Under the pieces are notes generated by a model. It was not told the DNA's origin. It searched no databases and worked only from the letters and a program-made list of their open reading frames with translations. Positions 47,927 to 61,330 of a DNA stretch of 64,000 bases are shown here, one piece after another. This DNA comes from Antedon mediterranea (taxonomy: Eukaryota > Animalia > Echinodermata): the NCBI RefSeq assembly GCF_964355755.1, contig NC_092670.1, positions 4,454,201 through 4,518,200 of the forward strand, read 5' to 3'. The translations under genes and the position numbers were made by a program. How positions within the stretch are numbered: the first letter of the stretch is position 1; each line of letters begins with the position of its first letter.

Positions 47927-50883
47927 GTTGATATCAGGGTAGACAGAGCAAGTCTGCGGTCTAGCGCCGTACAAATGACAAAAAACATCAACACAGTGGA
48001 TAAACGCGTCATCCCACTAATATTGACGACGATCATATTTATACAGCTAGAATAGCGGTCGACTTTTGTAAAACCTAGACAATATGACGTTCAGATAAAT
48101 TTACAAATGTACCGGCATTCGGCATATGTATAAATGATTAAAAAATAGATATGATGGATCCAATAGATATAGACCCTACTGTAATCATTGACAAATGTTC
48201 CTCCATTTTGATTTTCTTTTCTCCACTATAATATTACAGGTTACCATCAGTTTTGTTGACAATTATTTCGCATTTACTCTTATTACCCAGAATATCAAAC
48301 CTATTTTGTCTGGCCAGTTTTTTTTTTAACATTTAATTTTATAATGACCTACATATTCCAAGGACAATCATGAACTTATTATAATTCATTCCGAATAAGT
48401 TTATATCTTTCTGGATCTTAGAAAGATTTTATTAGTTTTATCACAATTTAATTTAAAAATATTAATAACTTTATTACATCTTTTTATACTGTTTTCATCC
48501 TTTACAATGTGTCGTTCAATAGCTATGCGATTTTTTAAAACATTTTTTGTTATCCTAACTTATTTCTCCATGGTTATACATTCAAAACAATGCATAGCAG
48601 TGAATAACTAACTAGAATCAATAAGGCATTGGTTACCTGAATATTCACAGACATCAACAAAAGGATCAGAGAAAAAATGGAATACAGACTGTCTCGATCC
48701 TCTGTTCATTCAAGATTCTTGATTCTTGGTTTTATTCCATTTTCATTATAAACCTTGATACACGTCACAAACAAGAAATCTGTATCTATATTTATTTACG
48801 AAATTCGTATTGAAATCATTGAGCTATCATAATGAAATCAAGGTTACGTAGTAAATACTTTACCTCTTTCGTTTAAATTTGACAGTATTACTATAGACTT
48901 TTTTTATTCTGTTGTTTTACCATTATGTTTTTCAAGAACTATTTTTAATTGTTCTACTGTATTTTCTATTCATTTTACTCTAAAATTGTTTATTTGTGCT
49001 CCTTAGCCTTGCGAATATAAATATGTTTTTTTTATTTTAGAGTAGTGTCTAGACATCATTTTCGTTTGTGCGAAATGTTGTTAATGTTGTAGATTACATG
49101 GTGTCTTCTATATAAATAATACAATTAATTAATACAATTAGAAACAAACGTGCCATGCCATTATACGTATATTTTCAAATATAATTTTTATCGCTCACGG
49201 GTTTGGAGAACTTTGTATATATTATTTTGGACCGTCAAAATGAGACAAGAGCATGCTCATGACTGTAGTGTTAAGATCATAGTGTTAGGATTTAAAGTTA
49301 GCTAACATGGAGGTATAGCCTGCATTTCGATGGTTCGAATAAGCCTATTTTAGCTCGCTACTGGACTCGGTCACATATCCATGAGGATCCTCAATAAATG
49401 GTATGGCATGACTTTAAAATGGTGATGGTTTTTACTGGTTAGCACACAATAAAACAAAAGAAATACTTAATAATTGCAGATTATTTTTTTATTCTCTAAC
49501 CTACAAAATTATACAATGTATGGTTCACATAATGGAGAATAATTATTTCTCCATGTTTAAACCAATTATGTTGACCAGTTTTTATCGCCCACCACTTAAA
49601 TATTGTTTTTACTAAAAACGTTTAGGCCTAAAATTTGCTTTAATACGATTAAAAACATAATAACAATGAGCCTGACATAGGCCTAATGGTATAAATATTA
49701 GATGATAAATAAAGATGAAGTATAGGCTAAGGTTTGTATAACTCAAATAATCTACACATTAATTAAAATAACAATTAGCATTTGGTCCTTTGTAGTAAGA
49801 TTTACTTTAATAAAAACAAATCTATGGTTTTAAAATCAAAAGTAATGGGCAGGCATTAATTACAGATTTCAGGAAAAAGTGGTTGGTAATAACTTTATAT
49901 TTATTTATTTAACAATCTTTATACAGGATTACACATTCAGGTAAAAGATAACCTGTTTTGTATTGTGGTCCTGTCTTAAATATAAAAAAACAGAGGGGGA
50001 AACAAGTTTAGTTTTGTGGTCGATCGATATCTAGCCTTGAATGAAGCAATTGTTGGAATATTTAAGTTGAAAACAGAGTAGAGTAGGCGTGAATTCGCAC
50101 ACGACCTTATTACATAAAATGCATTTCATTTGTTTGATGATAACACATCTTTATGAACGTCAAAACATTAGTTTCCTATTTTTCAAATTGCAAATCATTG
50201 AAGGAATTCATTTCATGTTTTGGTCCTCGCTGATAATGTTCTGTATTGGCGGTCGGCGATCTTTTTTCGTACATAAGTTGGGGAAACAAAGTCTACAGAA
50301 TAATATCCACAAACGCCTGAGACAAACATACAGTATATTTTTGGAAAAAGAAAATAGCCTGCAACATTGTACATTTACGCCTTCAAATATATACACGATA
50401 AACTTATATACAAAACATAACCAATACCCATGTTTATTTATTAATACTAATATACAGTTTTTTATATTTACAAATCTGAGATCATACAGTACACTAGGCC
50501 TATCACTCTTTTCTAAATACTTCATCTTTAATGACAATGAAAGAAAGAGAAGAATGAGAATCGTGCTGGAAGATAAAGTTCTAAATCACTGAAACTACTG
50601 ACGTATAGGCTTAAGTAAAAGTTAATGAATGTAGGCCCAGAGCAAAAGCCAATGCGATAGGGAGCAGAGAGGCAAGCAGAGACCAGGACGAGAGACGTAC
50701 AGTAGGTTTTGCTTATTTTTTTTAAGTGGGGACCATATGCAGCGAATGGTTTGAGTTTCTTTGACGTTGTGCATTAAAGAATAAATGCCAAGTGTCTATC
50801 CTCGCTTAAATCAAGCCTATTTATTTTAGTAAGTAAATTGAAACTTACAGTTTCAACAACTTCTCCCTTACTATCAATAATAA

Positions 50884-50941
50884 TGTAGTAAGCTATGGAG
50901 GAAATATATAGATCTATATATTTCCTCCATAGCTTACTACA
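50884..50941. repeat. Perfect 58-bp palindrome without a spacer
   Basis: TGTAGTAAGCTATGGAGGAAATATATAGA|TCTATATATTTCCTCCATAGCTTACTACA. Confidence 0.9.
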
Positions 50942-51984
50942 CTATACATGAGTAAGCATATAGGTGCCAAATACTATCAAAGCCTTTTAATTTCGCACTT
51001 CTCAGCAACAAAAAATACAAAAACAGATTTTACCAAGCAGTAAAAAAATGCAAATCTATCGGTTGGCATATATTAAAAACCTTTAGTGCACAAAGAGCAT
51101 TATAGTATGATAATCAATTATCTCTTTGCAAAACTGCATTGTATAGCGGCCTAGTTTAACTGTGATATAATAGTATGGTGAGTTTGGACTGATCTAAATT
51201 TACAGCTAGGATCAGAATCTTATTTTTGGCACTTTATCTCCCAATTCCTTGATATATCACTTTTTATTTACAATAATTATTAAACACTACAAGAAATTAA
51301 TATCTATACATTCAAGGTTATAATGTAATAAGTTATTCTATACAAAATATATAAAAAATATAGCAATTCTATTGATGTGATTATGCGTATATCATTTAAT
51401 GCCCTTTTCTATCAAGTTACTTATCAGGTTATTTTTTCTACAAATAAATTATAATTCATGTTTTCAAGGCATAAAGCATTGGGTATTTTTTACTATTATT
51501 ACTACTATTACTACTAGTACACATATTTTTATACTAAATAAATGCATGCATTCTTTTGACTAGAAGGTGAAACTATTTTCATAAAAATATTTTTAAAATT
51601 CATTTGCAGATTGAGAGATCAATCAATTCCATTGAGACCCCATTGAATGATCAATTTATTATTATTAAATTAAGAAATCAATCATTTCTATAACATTATT
51701 AATAATAGATGATAATCAATTTCTAGACATTCTTTTAATAAAATAAATTTTTTTTATTAAATAAAATTTTTTTTTTATTAAATGAATAATTGATTGGTTA
51801 TTAAAAATGATTTATTAATAAAATTGATTCAATCATTATCTGATTTACTATACAATGTTTTAAATAAAGTTATTCTATAAATATAATACTGATTATACAT
51901 GAAAAGCTATAGAACACAGGTGGGTTTATTGCATTTAAAAAATCATGAAGCAAAAGAAGCTTCATAGATAGATTCACAGATATA

Positions 51985-52425
51985 ATGACTGACTTGATTG
52001 ATTGCTTGACTGACTTGATTGCTTGACTGACTGACTGATCAGTTGACAGATTAATTTCAGCGGTTGACTGATTGATTGCTAGACTGACTGATCGACTGAC
52101 TTGATTGCTAGACTGACTGATCGACTGACTTGATTGCTAGACTGACTGATCGACTGACTTGATTGCTAGACTTTCTTTCTTTCTTTTATTCAATTTTTCA
52201 CACTTCAAAAATAATACAAGTTATGTGAAACAATGATAACAGGTATCATAGTAATAAACATTAAGGTAATCAAACTAATTTAAACAAAATATATATAGAT
52301 ACTTGTACTTTAAAAAAACAAAGAACTTGATTGCTTGATCGACTGACTTGATTGCTAGACTGACTGAATGATCAGTTGACAGACTAATTTCTAGACTGAC
52401 TGACTTGATTACAAGATTGATTGAA
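51985..52425. repeat. (GACT/GATT)n-derived degenerate repeat with 29-bp higher-order copies, in the ADCY 3' UTR
   Basis: GATTGCTAGACTGACTGATCGACTGACTT x~3 at 52074-52152; related blocks at 51985-52070 and 52325-52425. Confidence 0.8.
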
Positions 52426-52426
52426 T

Positions 52427-52570
52427 GATCGGTTGACGTGGTCTGCAGAAGAGGATGCCATTGATCGGTTGACGTGGTCTGCAGAAGAGGATGCCATTGA
52501 TCGGTTGACGTGGTCTGCAGAAGAGGATGCCATTGATCGGTTGACGTGGTCTGCAGAAGAGGATGCCATT
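52427..52570. repeat. Perfect 36-bp x4 tandem repeat starting inside the ADCY stop codon
   Basis: Unit GATCGGTTGACGTGGTCTGCAGAAGAGGATGCCATT. Confidence 0.95.
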
Positions 52571-52849
52571 AAGGATTATACTTTGTCAATAACTCCATCT
52601 TCTCCGGTGGTGGTTCTTCCAAGTAGTACGTTGTCATTTCACCTTTACCTTTGACCTTTACCTTTCCCCTACATACAAGCTTGTAACGTTTGGATTGAAG
52701 AATGTCGTTCATGTCTTGCGTAACTTGAATCTTCTTTGTTTCGTTTGTACTGTCCATACGACTGGCCACGTTTACAGTGTTCCCCCAAATGTCATATTGT
52801 GGCTTGCGAGCTCCAATAACCCCAGCAACACATGGGCCTACATTCAAAC
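52569..52849 (-). CDS. ADCY5: ADCY5/6-like terminal exon
   Basis: [22 protein letters not shown]...LLTKYNP*. Confidence 0.93.
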
Positions 52850-55800
52850 CTACCAAATATGAAAATAATAAATACAAAATGGCTGAAACATTAAAAAAAA
52901 GCGCAAAAAAAAAACACACGAACACGAGCTTTATCGAATAATTACAACTATCAATCAATTTTTAATCAATTTTTATCGTCTTTTATTAGGCATTTTGTTA
53001 ATTATTTTATATATTTAAATTACTTTTTTTGAATGTAAAATAATGAATGCAATGTTTTTATTACAATTACTTTTAACATTGTAAGATATAAACGAGAGGA
53101 AAAAATATGTTTAAAAAATATAATTTTTATGATAATAAAAGTGGGAAGAACCCACACAAGACAAAAAAAAAAAAAAAAAAGCGCAATTAATAGTAAGAGG
53201 CCTAGTATGCTTTATCTGAGATTTGATATCAAAGTAAGATGGGGTGGGTCGTCAAAATTGAAAATTTCAGATGAGTGCCTCGATCGTTTGCTCCATGCTG
53301 GCTACGGCCCTGACGTTACCACTCCTCAGCCAAAACCAGATCAATCAATACCATCCCTCAATCAACACTAGATACAGTCTATACCATCCTTACCTATTCT
53401 CATTTTGAAATTATTGAACGAATGCTCATTAACAAACTTCAGTTGATTCATGACACGAAATGCAAAATCAGCCATGTCAACAACATGTGCATAACCCTTC
53501 ATGTCAACCGTCTCCTTTGTAAGACCTGATGCTGCCATATATGTACTACCTATGGTTTTAATTTTCTCTACCCTCCAAAATTCTGGTTCTCCACTGATCT
53601 GTAAATGCAAAGTAGAGACAGGTTTATGTTATGCAATTTTAAAAAGGATTTGAAGGTTCTCATTTATTCCTGAAGGCAAAAGGATGGTTGGGTTATGCCT
53701 CTGGTACACAATGACCATGATGCAATTAAACAAACAGAAATGATTTAATGTTTTGCTTTCACATAGTGGAGAGGCAATGCTCTTGATAAAGTTGTGGTGG
53801 AAACAATTCTAACATTCTGTAATTTTCTCGATTTAAAATTTTGGGAGCATTTCTGAAATCCCCATGTATATTTTGATTTTAGATTGTTTACTTTGGTCAT
53901 AAATATGAAATCAGAAGGAGAAGAGATAAAGTTATTTTAACCATGGCATGAAAAGAACAATCTAAAAACAAACTTTGTATTTATCAGGGAAGAGTTAAAT
54001 TATTGTAATTTAACTCTTCCCTGGAATTTATATTGTTATGTAGTTGTATACTAGAAGATTGAGCCAAACATTTACATGAAATCTATGATAAATTATTGTT
54101 AACAAAATGAGAAGAGAACCACATGTTGTTTTTTCTGAATTAAAAATAATTCAGAAAGCATAAACTAATGATTAATTTTAAATTAAATTCATTTCTTAGA
54201 GTTGGCATTTCTAGTACAGTACCTCATCAAAGTCAGCTATTATTTCATTAAGTAATCGTAAGCACTCAACGCCCTCATTGTTAGCTTCAAGTTCAACATA
54301 GAAATCCGAGAAGTTAACGATAGTCGCAAACATTACGCTCACGTGTTCACAATCACGATAATACAGGTCCATGTCATTGGCGTCATTTTTCAAGAAATGT
54401 TCCGCGACGAATGAAGGTAGAATATTATGCAAGAGTCTTTTATTATATGCTTGTAATTTTTCTGTTTCTTCTTTCTCTTCTGTTGCCTGTTCAAAGAAGA
54501 ATAATTGTTTTGTTATTTAAAAAAAAATATTCACGGAACAATTATTTTTAATATTAAAAATTACTATTTTGGTTCTTATGCCTAAAGGGTGGATAAAGAA
54601 AAATAATTGTGTATACTCGACTTTTTAATTCAAAAATTTCACATGAAATATAATCCTTTATAGAAATATAATAAGTGGCCTAGTTCTTGGAACCTGTGGG
54701 AGAATTGGATAAGTATTTCAACCAAGATTATTTTCTAAAATTGTAGCTTTCAAACCCATTTATCAGCGGCTACAAGATTGCTTTTAAGAATGCCTCGCTT
54801 AAATTCATATTCAAAATAATATGCAAGCTCTCTTTGTTTAAAAATGATTTCTTACAAATATTTTACAAATGTAACATAATTGAATAGTAACTGACATACA
54901 AAATAAACATTTGACAATTCCTTTCTTTTGTTTGGTCAAAATTTATTTATTATTTTTAAGTATTCAATAAATTTCAGGTCATGTGACAAAAAAAGAATTT
55001 TCATAAAGTAGTATTGTTTAAATTGATTTCAAATTCACAATTTTTTATTAAAAAAACATTATGCAGGCATAATGAGCAAAGGTTCTCCCTTCATTTTTTC
55101 ATCTTCATGTTTAGTTGCTTCCTTTTTTCTATCTTTTCTTCTGAGATGGCCAATTTAATTTAACTCATCTAATTTTTTATTCTTTTTTTTGTGATTTATT
55201 TTTTTTGTACATCTTTATAAATTATATTTATTTTAATTTAATTGTTATTGTTACATATTTATGCCTCGTCATGTTGTTTTTTTGTGAGAGTCCCTAATAA
55301 TCAGCTACGGCTGGATGGACCACTCTCGTCATAAAATATTGTTAAAAAATAAAATCAATAAATAAAGACCATATTTTTACCTCAAGCTTCCATAGATAGT
55401 CTAGTTTAGATTTTGATTCCACCTGCCTAGCATGTACAAACAAGGCAATGACAAACACTATCAAGATGACTGGTGTCATGATGTTAGAAGCCAATTCTGA
55501 TGAGTTTTCAGTGCTGTAACATTTAAAATAATATCATTCAATTATTATATGTTTTTATTTTTTTCTATGGATAAAGAATGAAAGTAGACTTATACCCTTT
55601 TCACATCTGCAAAATGTAACAAGTTGTAACAAGTTGTAACAAGTTGTAACAAGTTGTAACAAGTTGTAACAAGTTTTGCATAGTGTGAAGACAATTTTGT
55701 GGAAAATCTCCCAAGATTTCACTGGGGTTCCTTGTGAAATGTCGGGAGAAGAATACACCAACAAGAGGCCTGTGTTTTGTGTTCTGAGATCTTACTGTGT

Positions 55801-58800
55801 GTGTGTGTGTATTTCCCTGGTATTAACTGATCAATCATAGTAATCAAATAGCGCGCAATTATTCTTCTCTCCCGAGACTTCACAAGGTTTACGTATGCGT
55901 GTGTGTAAATATGTAATAACTCAAACCTTGTTACAAGTTGTCACAATTTATGCAGATGTAAAAAGGGTATTAGAAGTTCACTTCTCACTCGAGATATTTG
56001 AATAAAGAAACTGAAACTGGAAGATCAACGATTTTGAAATACGGTTGTGCAGTAGGTGGGGCGGAGTAACAATTATAACAGTACTTAACCCGATGTCCTA
56101 TATTTTGCCAGGCCCATTTTTATTGTTTGAATAGGGGAGGGGGTGGTTCAGTGGCATCCAACACCCCTTTTAACCACACAATTTACAAATAAAGTTAGTG
56201 ATCATGTTAATATTATTCAGATGTAGAGGTAAACACCTATGAACTTTCTACCCTTCATTAGTTGTATGTGACTTATATGGAACATGAGTGGCGAAATTAT
56301 AATTATTAAGAATTATTATAAAAAACAATTAATATTAATTAATTATTGTCCACAACTAAAATTTAACTTCATATTAATAAATCTACTATAACATAAAAAT
56401 GCCATAAAATGAATTTATTTTTGTTCTTTTATCATCAATTGTTTCACAGCTATTGGCTATGATTGTCTCATTCAACTCTAGTATTTTATAATTACGCCGC
56501 AATGATAGTACGCAAATTGATCGTAATCTCGTGACGACAAACATAGTGAAGATTTATCTGGCAATTAAACTTATTCTAGTTCATTTTTCAAAGCTTTCTC
56601 TCTATGAGCCAACATTTTAATGTCGTTCACCTTTCAATTGGCTCAATTAAATGCTTACAAGTAAACAACAGATAGCCAGAAGGAAATTTAAAAAAAAACA
56701 AGCTTGATTATCCATGGATAAAAACTAAATTTAGATTTTCATCAAAAACCTTAGATTTTCTACAAGTAAGTTTGGACAATCCTAAATCTCTGTCTACTAT
56801 CAAACTATTTTGACAAAAAAGTGTGATGTGCCCAAATATGGCAGTGATATGCTTAAATATGGTAGTGATATGACATCATCATGTTCATATATTGGCACAT
56901 CACATGTTTTTGTCACACAAAGTCTGATAGTGTAGACAGAGCTTAATGTCATAAAGATGATAATAAATTTAAACATTATACCCTCTAGATGCTTTCAAGA
57001 TCAAGTCATGGTTTTCAAAAATGTTGAACGCCCAAGTATTGATGATTACAATGTAGATACCAGCGATGCACAATAACCATACCAACTTGACAAGGTTGCT
57101 AAGTTGTTGGAACACAGATGAGCATATCATTACCATAACAACACAGAAGGTAAAATACTGTTGATAAAAAAAAATTTCCTGATAAAACTACAGTGAACAA
57201 TATTTATATATATACACAAATTTACAGCCATTGTTTTGATTGATTGATTTTATTCGATATCCTTAAAGTGTAAAAAAATTATAAAGGTTAACATATAAGT
57301 CGACATAACAATTAAGTGGTCAACTAAAATATATTTATTACAGAAAAATTGACTCATTAGAAATTATTTAAATAGAGACAACTGCATAAAAAACTGCATT
57401 TATAAATCATGAAGTCTAATCATTATACAGTAGCGCGTCCAGTAGACTTAACCTTAAATTTTAAAGAGTTGCGGATAAGTGCATTAAAAACTCCCAAATT
57501 GATATTTCTTTCACCTGTGGAAAATGACAAGCTTTGCCGGTCGGATTACAGATTTTGTTAGTTTGTTCACCAAGCACCACACCTGACTGTTGAATGTATG
57601 TAATATTAACTTCTGATTGGTCAATGTTAAATTGTTCAGCCACACACTCCTCGATGCTTGTAGTGTCATAACTGAACTATAAGATAACAAAAATGTGATA
57701 AGGCAAATGTTGAAAACTACAATGAAATAGCGTTTCAAATATGAAGATTCATTCAACTCTGACCTAACGGAGAACCAAACACAAAAAGTGGCCAATAAGT
57801 TTTGTCAAAATTGAGGTAGTGGGATATCTAATTTTGTTCTTATTATTCTAGGGTGGGATTTTACTAGGACAGCATTAAACCATTAGGTGGTGGCTTACTA
57901 TTATCTTAATGAATTAAATAATAATTATTAAGAATTTGTGATAAAGTGTTATATATATTCTTGTTAGAATAAGAATTAAATATTGTTATATACCTGTTGA
58001 TAATGAAAACGCAATTAAATAATCTTTGTAAATAATTGTAGTTATCTTTAGAATTACATTCATATTTTATATATATTTTTAATGACTTTTACATATGTAA
58101 CTTATTTGATACATTCTTTGTAATTAGTGATGCTGTCTGTTATTTTTTTAATGAATATATAAACTCCTTTAAACATGTTTATGTCATGAAAAGGGTGCTA
58201 TATAAATGTGGTGTCATTATATCTATATCTCATATATGGGAGTATCATTGGGTTGGGCTAGTTCTTGGATGTCTACACCCTTTAACATGCAGGTAGTGGG
58301 CTTTTATCTCATTGGTTTACTCTCTTCTCAGGAAAGAATTTAAAATAGACTTGTACATCTGCCAGCTCATAAGTATTGGTACTGTATCTCTCATATCAGA
58401 AAGAAAGCTTTACTGTATTACATTGTATGTTTGTTGAATTTTATTATAGCTTTGCTAAAAGATAATGGATTGACAAAGTCATTCAGATGCCTAGTGGCAA
58501 ATACCAACTTGTTTTTATGGATAATCTTGAAAAATAAACTACTCAAATTTAAAATTCTTATCAAAGAATGTCATTTACAATTAGTTTATGTTCTAACTTT
58601 ACATTACTTCCAATTTCATAAACAAGAAATGGCAAGTTCTATTTTGTTACCCACAATTATAACTAAACGTTGTCGATGGAATAATTGTGAGGTGCGTCAC
58701 AAAAATAATTTAAAGAAAATTTCAATTATGTTTATGTGTATTTAGTTGATTGATTGATATTAGAAAGTGATGTCTTCGGTGTTGTATGCTGGTTATATTT

Positions 58801-59450
58801 AGCAAAATGAATTAATCAATTATTCTCAAAAGGTTAGAAATAAGGGCAATGCAGTGCAAGCGTTTGAAGTTGTACTTACTATGGATGTGAAAGCGGCCAA
58901 GTAGACAATTGTAAGGTTAATCACCGCCACCACGCTACTAATAAGACGACTTCCCAGTATTAGTTTAGACACGCTAACAAACTTCTTCGGTTGTGACTAA
59001 AGGAAACATCAATTATTATCAAGTTACTATAAAATTAAATGCATATTTGTACAACTTTAAAATGCATACAAAATTTAGTTTATATCAAGAACATTAGCAT
59101 ATAGCTGCTTTCACATGGCGATCAGATTTGGTCTGGCGCCCTGAGGAAAATATCGCGAGCGTTGAGCATGCTTTCACATCAAGCATGCGGGTTATTCTTG
59201 CTCACTGTTGATTGGTCAAAAGAAAAAAAATGTAGGATTTGAGCAAACAAATGGCTTCTTGATCCATTGCATCGAATTCAGAGTCCGAATCAGAATAATA
59301 TTACAAAATCATAGAAAACATTAACAAAATATATGACTGAATGATTGAAATTAAGTTAAACCTACGAGTAATTCTGATGACGTGATTGTAGCCATGAAAA
59401 GTGCGGCTACTAAAAGAACTACTAGAAACACAGCTATCATCACGCCAGTA
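52569..59450 (-). CDS. ADCY5: Membrane adenylate cyclase, ADCY5/6-like, 5'-partial (M2 region plus C2 domain), 8 exons
   Basis: [97 protein letters not shown]. These resemble ADCY5/6 most closely. Exon phases are consistent; the upstream exons were not found in the window. Confidence 0.9.
53394..53598 (-). CDS. ADCY5: ADCY5/6-like C2a exon
   Basis: [20 protein letters not shown]...SFNNFKMRI. Confidence 0.93.
53985..54023. mobile_element. 39-bp hairpin insertion with 8-bp TSD-like flanks
   Basis: CAGGGAAGAGTTAAATTA-ttg-TAATTTAACTCTTCCCTG flanked by GTATTTAT / GAATTTAT. Confidence 0.6.
54223..54486 (-). CDS. ADCY5: ADCY5/6-like C2a exon
   Basis: ATEEKEE...[11 protein letters not shown]. Confidence 0.93.
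55381..55513 (-). CDS. ADCY5: ADCY5/6-like TM12 exon
   Basis: [33 protein letters not shown]. Confidence 0.88.
55593..55969. mobile_element. Harbinger-like MITE with an internal (GTAACAAGTT)6 expansion
   Basis: TTA|TACCCTTTTCACATCTGCA ... TGCAGATGTAAAAAGGGTA|TTA. Confidence 0.75.
56786..56943. mobile_element. Harbinger-like MITE (GCTCTGTCTACAC family), copy 3
   Basis: Same internal sequence as 25154 and 33923; TAA flanks. Confidence 0.85.
56982..57157 (-). CDS. ADCY5: ADCY5/6-like TM exon
   Basis: [25 protein letters not shown]...FENHDLIL. Confidence 0.85.
57515..57676 (-). CDS. ADCY5: ADCY5/6-like extracellular loop exon
   Basis: [17 protein letters not shown]...KACHFPQ|gtgaaa. Confidence 0.8.
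58880..58996 (-). CDS. ADCY5: ADCY5/6-like TM exon
   Basis: [39 protein letters not shown]|gtaagt. Confidence 0.8.
59366..59450 (-). CDS. ADCY5: ADCY5/6-like TM exon
   Basis: tttcag|[29 protein letters not shown]|gtaggt. Confidence 0.7.
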
Positions 59451-60908
59451 CTGAAAGAAATAAAACCATCGTCCAGTTAGCATATTCAACAAAAACATTT
59501 TAAGCAATAATTTTTCAGTTTGACATTACATGTTTAAGGTTATCAGTGGAGCATAATTTTAAAAAAGAGATTGTGGATCATTCCAAATAAACATTTATTT
59601 ATTTTCTTTAATTCATTCATTTATTCAATAGTATGTAGGCCACTGGCCCAAGTACAATAATAAAAAATAATTCATATTATAAAATTTAGTAGTATAAGTA
59701 ACAGCAAAATAATTATTTCTCTTTTTCAAGCAAATCATATAAAATAGAAAACAAGTAAATGAGTTTCAGATGAAGCCACCACAATCAGGAATGCTGTCAT
59801 CAGTAAGAGATGGGATAATGAGGTCTTTTTCCAACAGTGGGAGGGAGCATGGCAAAACGTAGTTACCATCACAGCTTGAATTATCATTATCCTCACAGCC
59901 TGTTAAAGCATGGGGATAGGATACACGAATCAGCTTTATAAACAACAACATAAAATAAGGCTTGTATTGGCTAGAGGTTGAAGTTTGTATATGACCAGAG
60001 GGACACTTTAACAAGCAGATTTTTATATATTGAAATTAATTTTTGTATTAAAGATGCACAACCAAAATAGAATTGGGGTCACATTTCAATATGATTACTT
60101 GGGTAAGTGATCTTTAATTGAAATTTCCAAATGAACACAACAATACGACCAAAAAATTAATTAATTCAAGAGAATTTTAAATGACCTTTGAGCAAAATAA
60201 AAAACAAGATATTTTTCATTTTAAATTGCTTCTGTCATCAGAATACTTCTGCAAATTAAAACTGTGCTTTTTAAAAATTAAAACATGCAAAGTCTTGTAG
60301 ATTTATCTAGTTGTAGGCCTACAAACATTTGATTATGATTTATAATCAATTCAAAAGATTTTAAATTATAAAAACAATTTTTAAGATATAAGATTTTTGG
60401 AAAATGAATGATATTTACAATTTTGAAGATAAGATTCCAAGAAAATTAATGATATTTTGTGTCATACTCTTGTGCTTCTTCCAATATTGTTTGTTTCTAT
60501 TGTGCTTTTTCTTTTCAATGTTAAATTTAATAAGGTAATTGCAATAAAATTACTGTATCATAAAATAATGTTTTGAAATTCAATTTCAACAATAAAAAAA
60601 CACGTTCACTTATTATCAATAATATATCTAGCAATTCTTAAATTGACTAAATTGATAATAAACATCCATTTTAAATTAATAATGAATAAATGGGTTTTTA
60701 TTCATGTCTGAAAATGTAATATTGGTGTATAGCATTATGTTTTGAAACAAGTTTGTACAAAAACAAACAGAAAACAAGAAAGCTAATGAAAATTCTACTG
60801 AAAAATTTCAAATAATTGTTAATACTCTACAAAATAAAAGTATGTAAACATTTATATTAATCTAAATAGAATTTATAAAAGGTAAAAATTGCAGAAATAA
60901 AATTTAAC

Positions 60909-61330
60909 TTGGTCAGGCGTTTGCCCTACTCTGACGTAACTTGTACTTCATAATAAGTACATAGAGAATATAAGTAATTCTCGGGTGAGACTCCAACCCA
61001 CAATTTCCAGATCTCTGGCGTTCAAACCTCTACACCACTGAGCTTGCGCTTATGGCTAGGGGTTAGATTTGAGCCCAAGTAAGCAGCGGGTACTACACCA
61101 ACATGATTGTAATTGTTTGCAACTGCTATGGAGTAGCTTTGTGTCAGGGTGTTGAGTATATTGGTCAGATGTTATACCCTACTCTGAGGTAATTTGAGAA
61201 TAACAAAAAAATTGGTTACAAACAATTAAAATCCTATTTTCCGCAAGTATTCTCAATGTACTTTAGTATGAAATAAGAATTACGTCACAGTAGACATCTG
61301 ACCAATTACTCAATACCTTGACGCAAAGCA
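60909..61330. mobile_element. Decayed inverted-repeat element enclosing a tRNA-like segment
   Basis: 60909-60970 and 61136-61200 are each inverted relative to 61249-61330. The - strand at 60980-61050 reads AGCTCAGTGG...GTGGGTTGGAGTCTCACCC (A/B-box-like). Confidence 0.5.

Noticed and set aside
50089-50592. 167-aa ORF on + and overlapping 109-aa ORF on -
   Set aside because: AT-biased composition, overlaps a repeat end at ~50247, no domain recognised.
59766-59898. Possible extra ADCY exon
   Set aside because: Has an acceptor-like site, but the two frames translated end in stops without a donor and do not resemble the expected ADCY TM7 exon.
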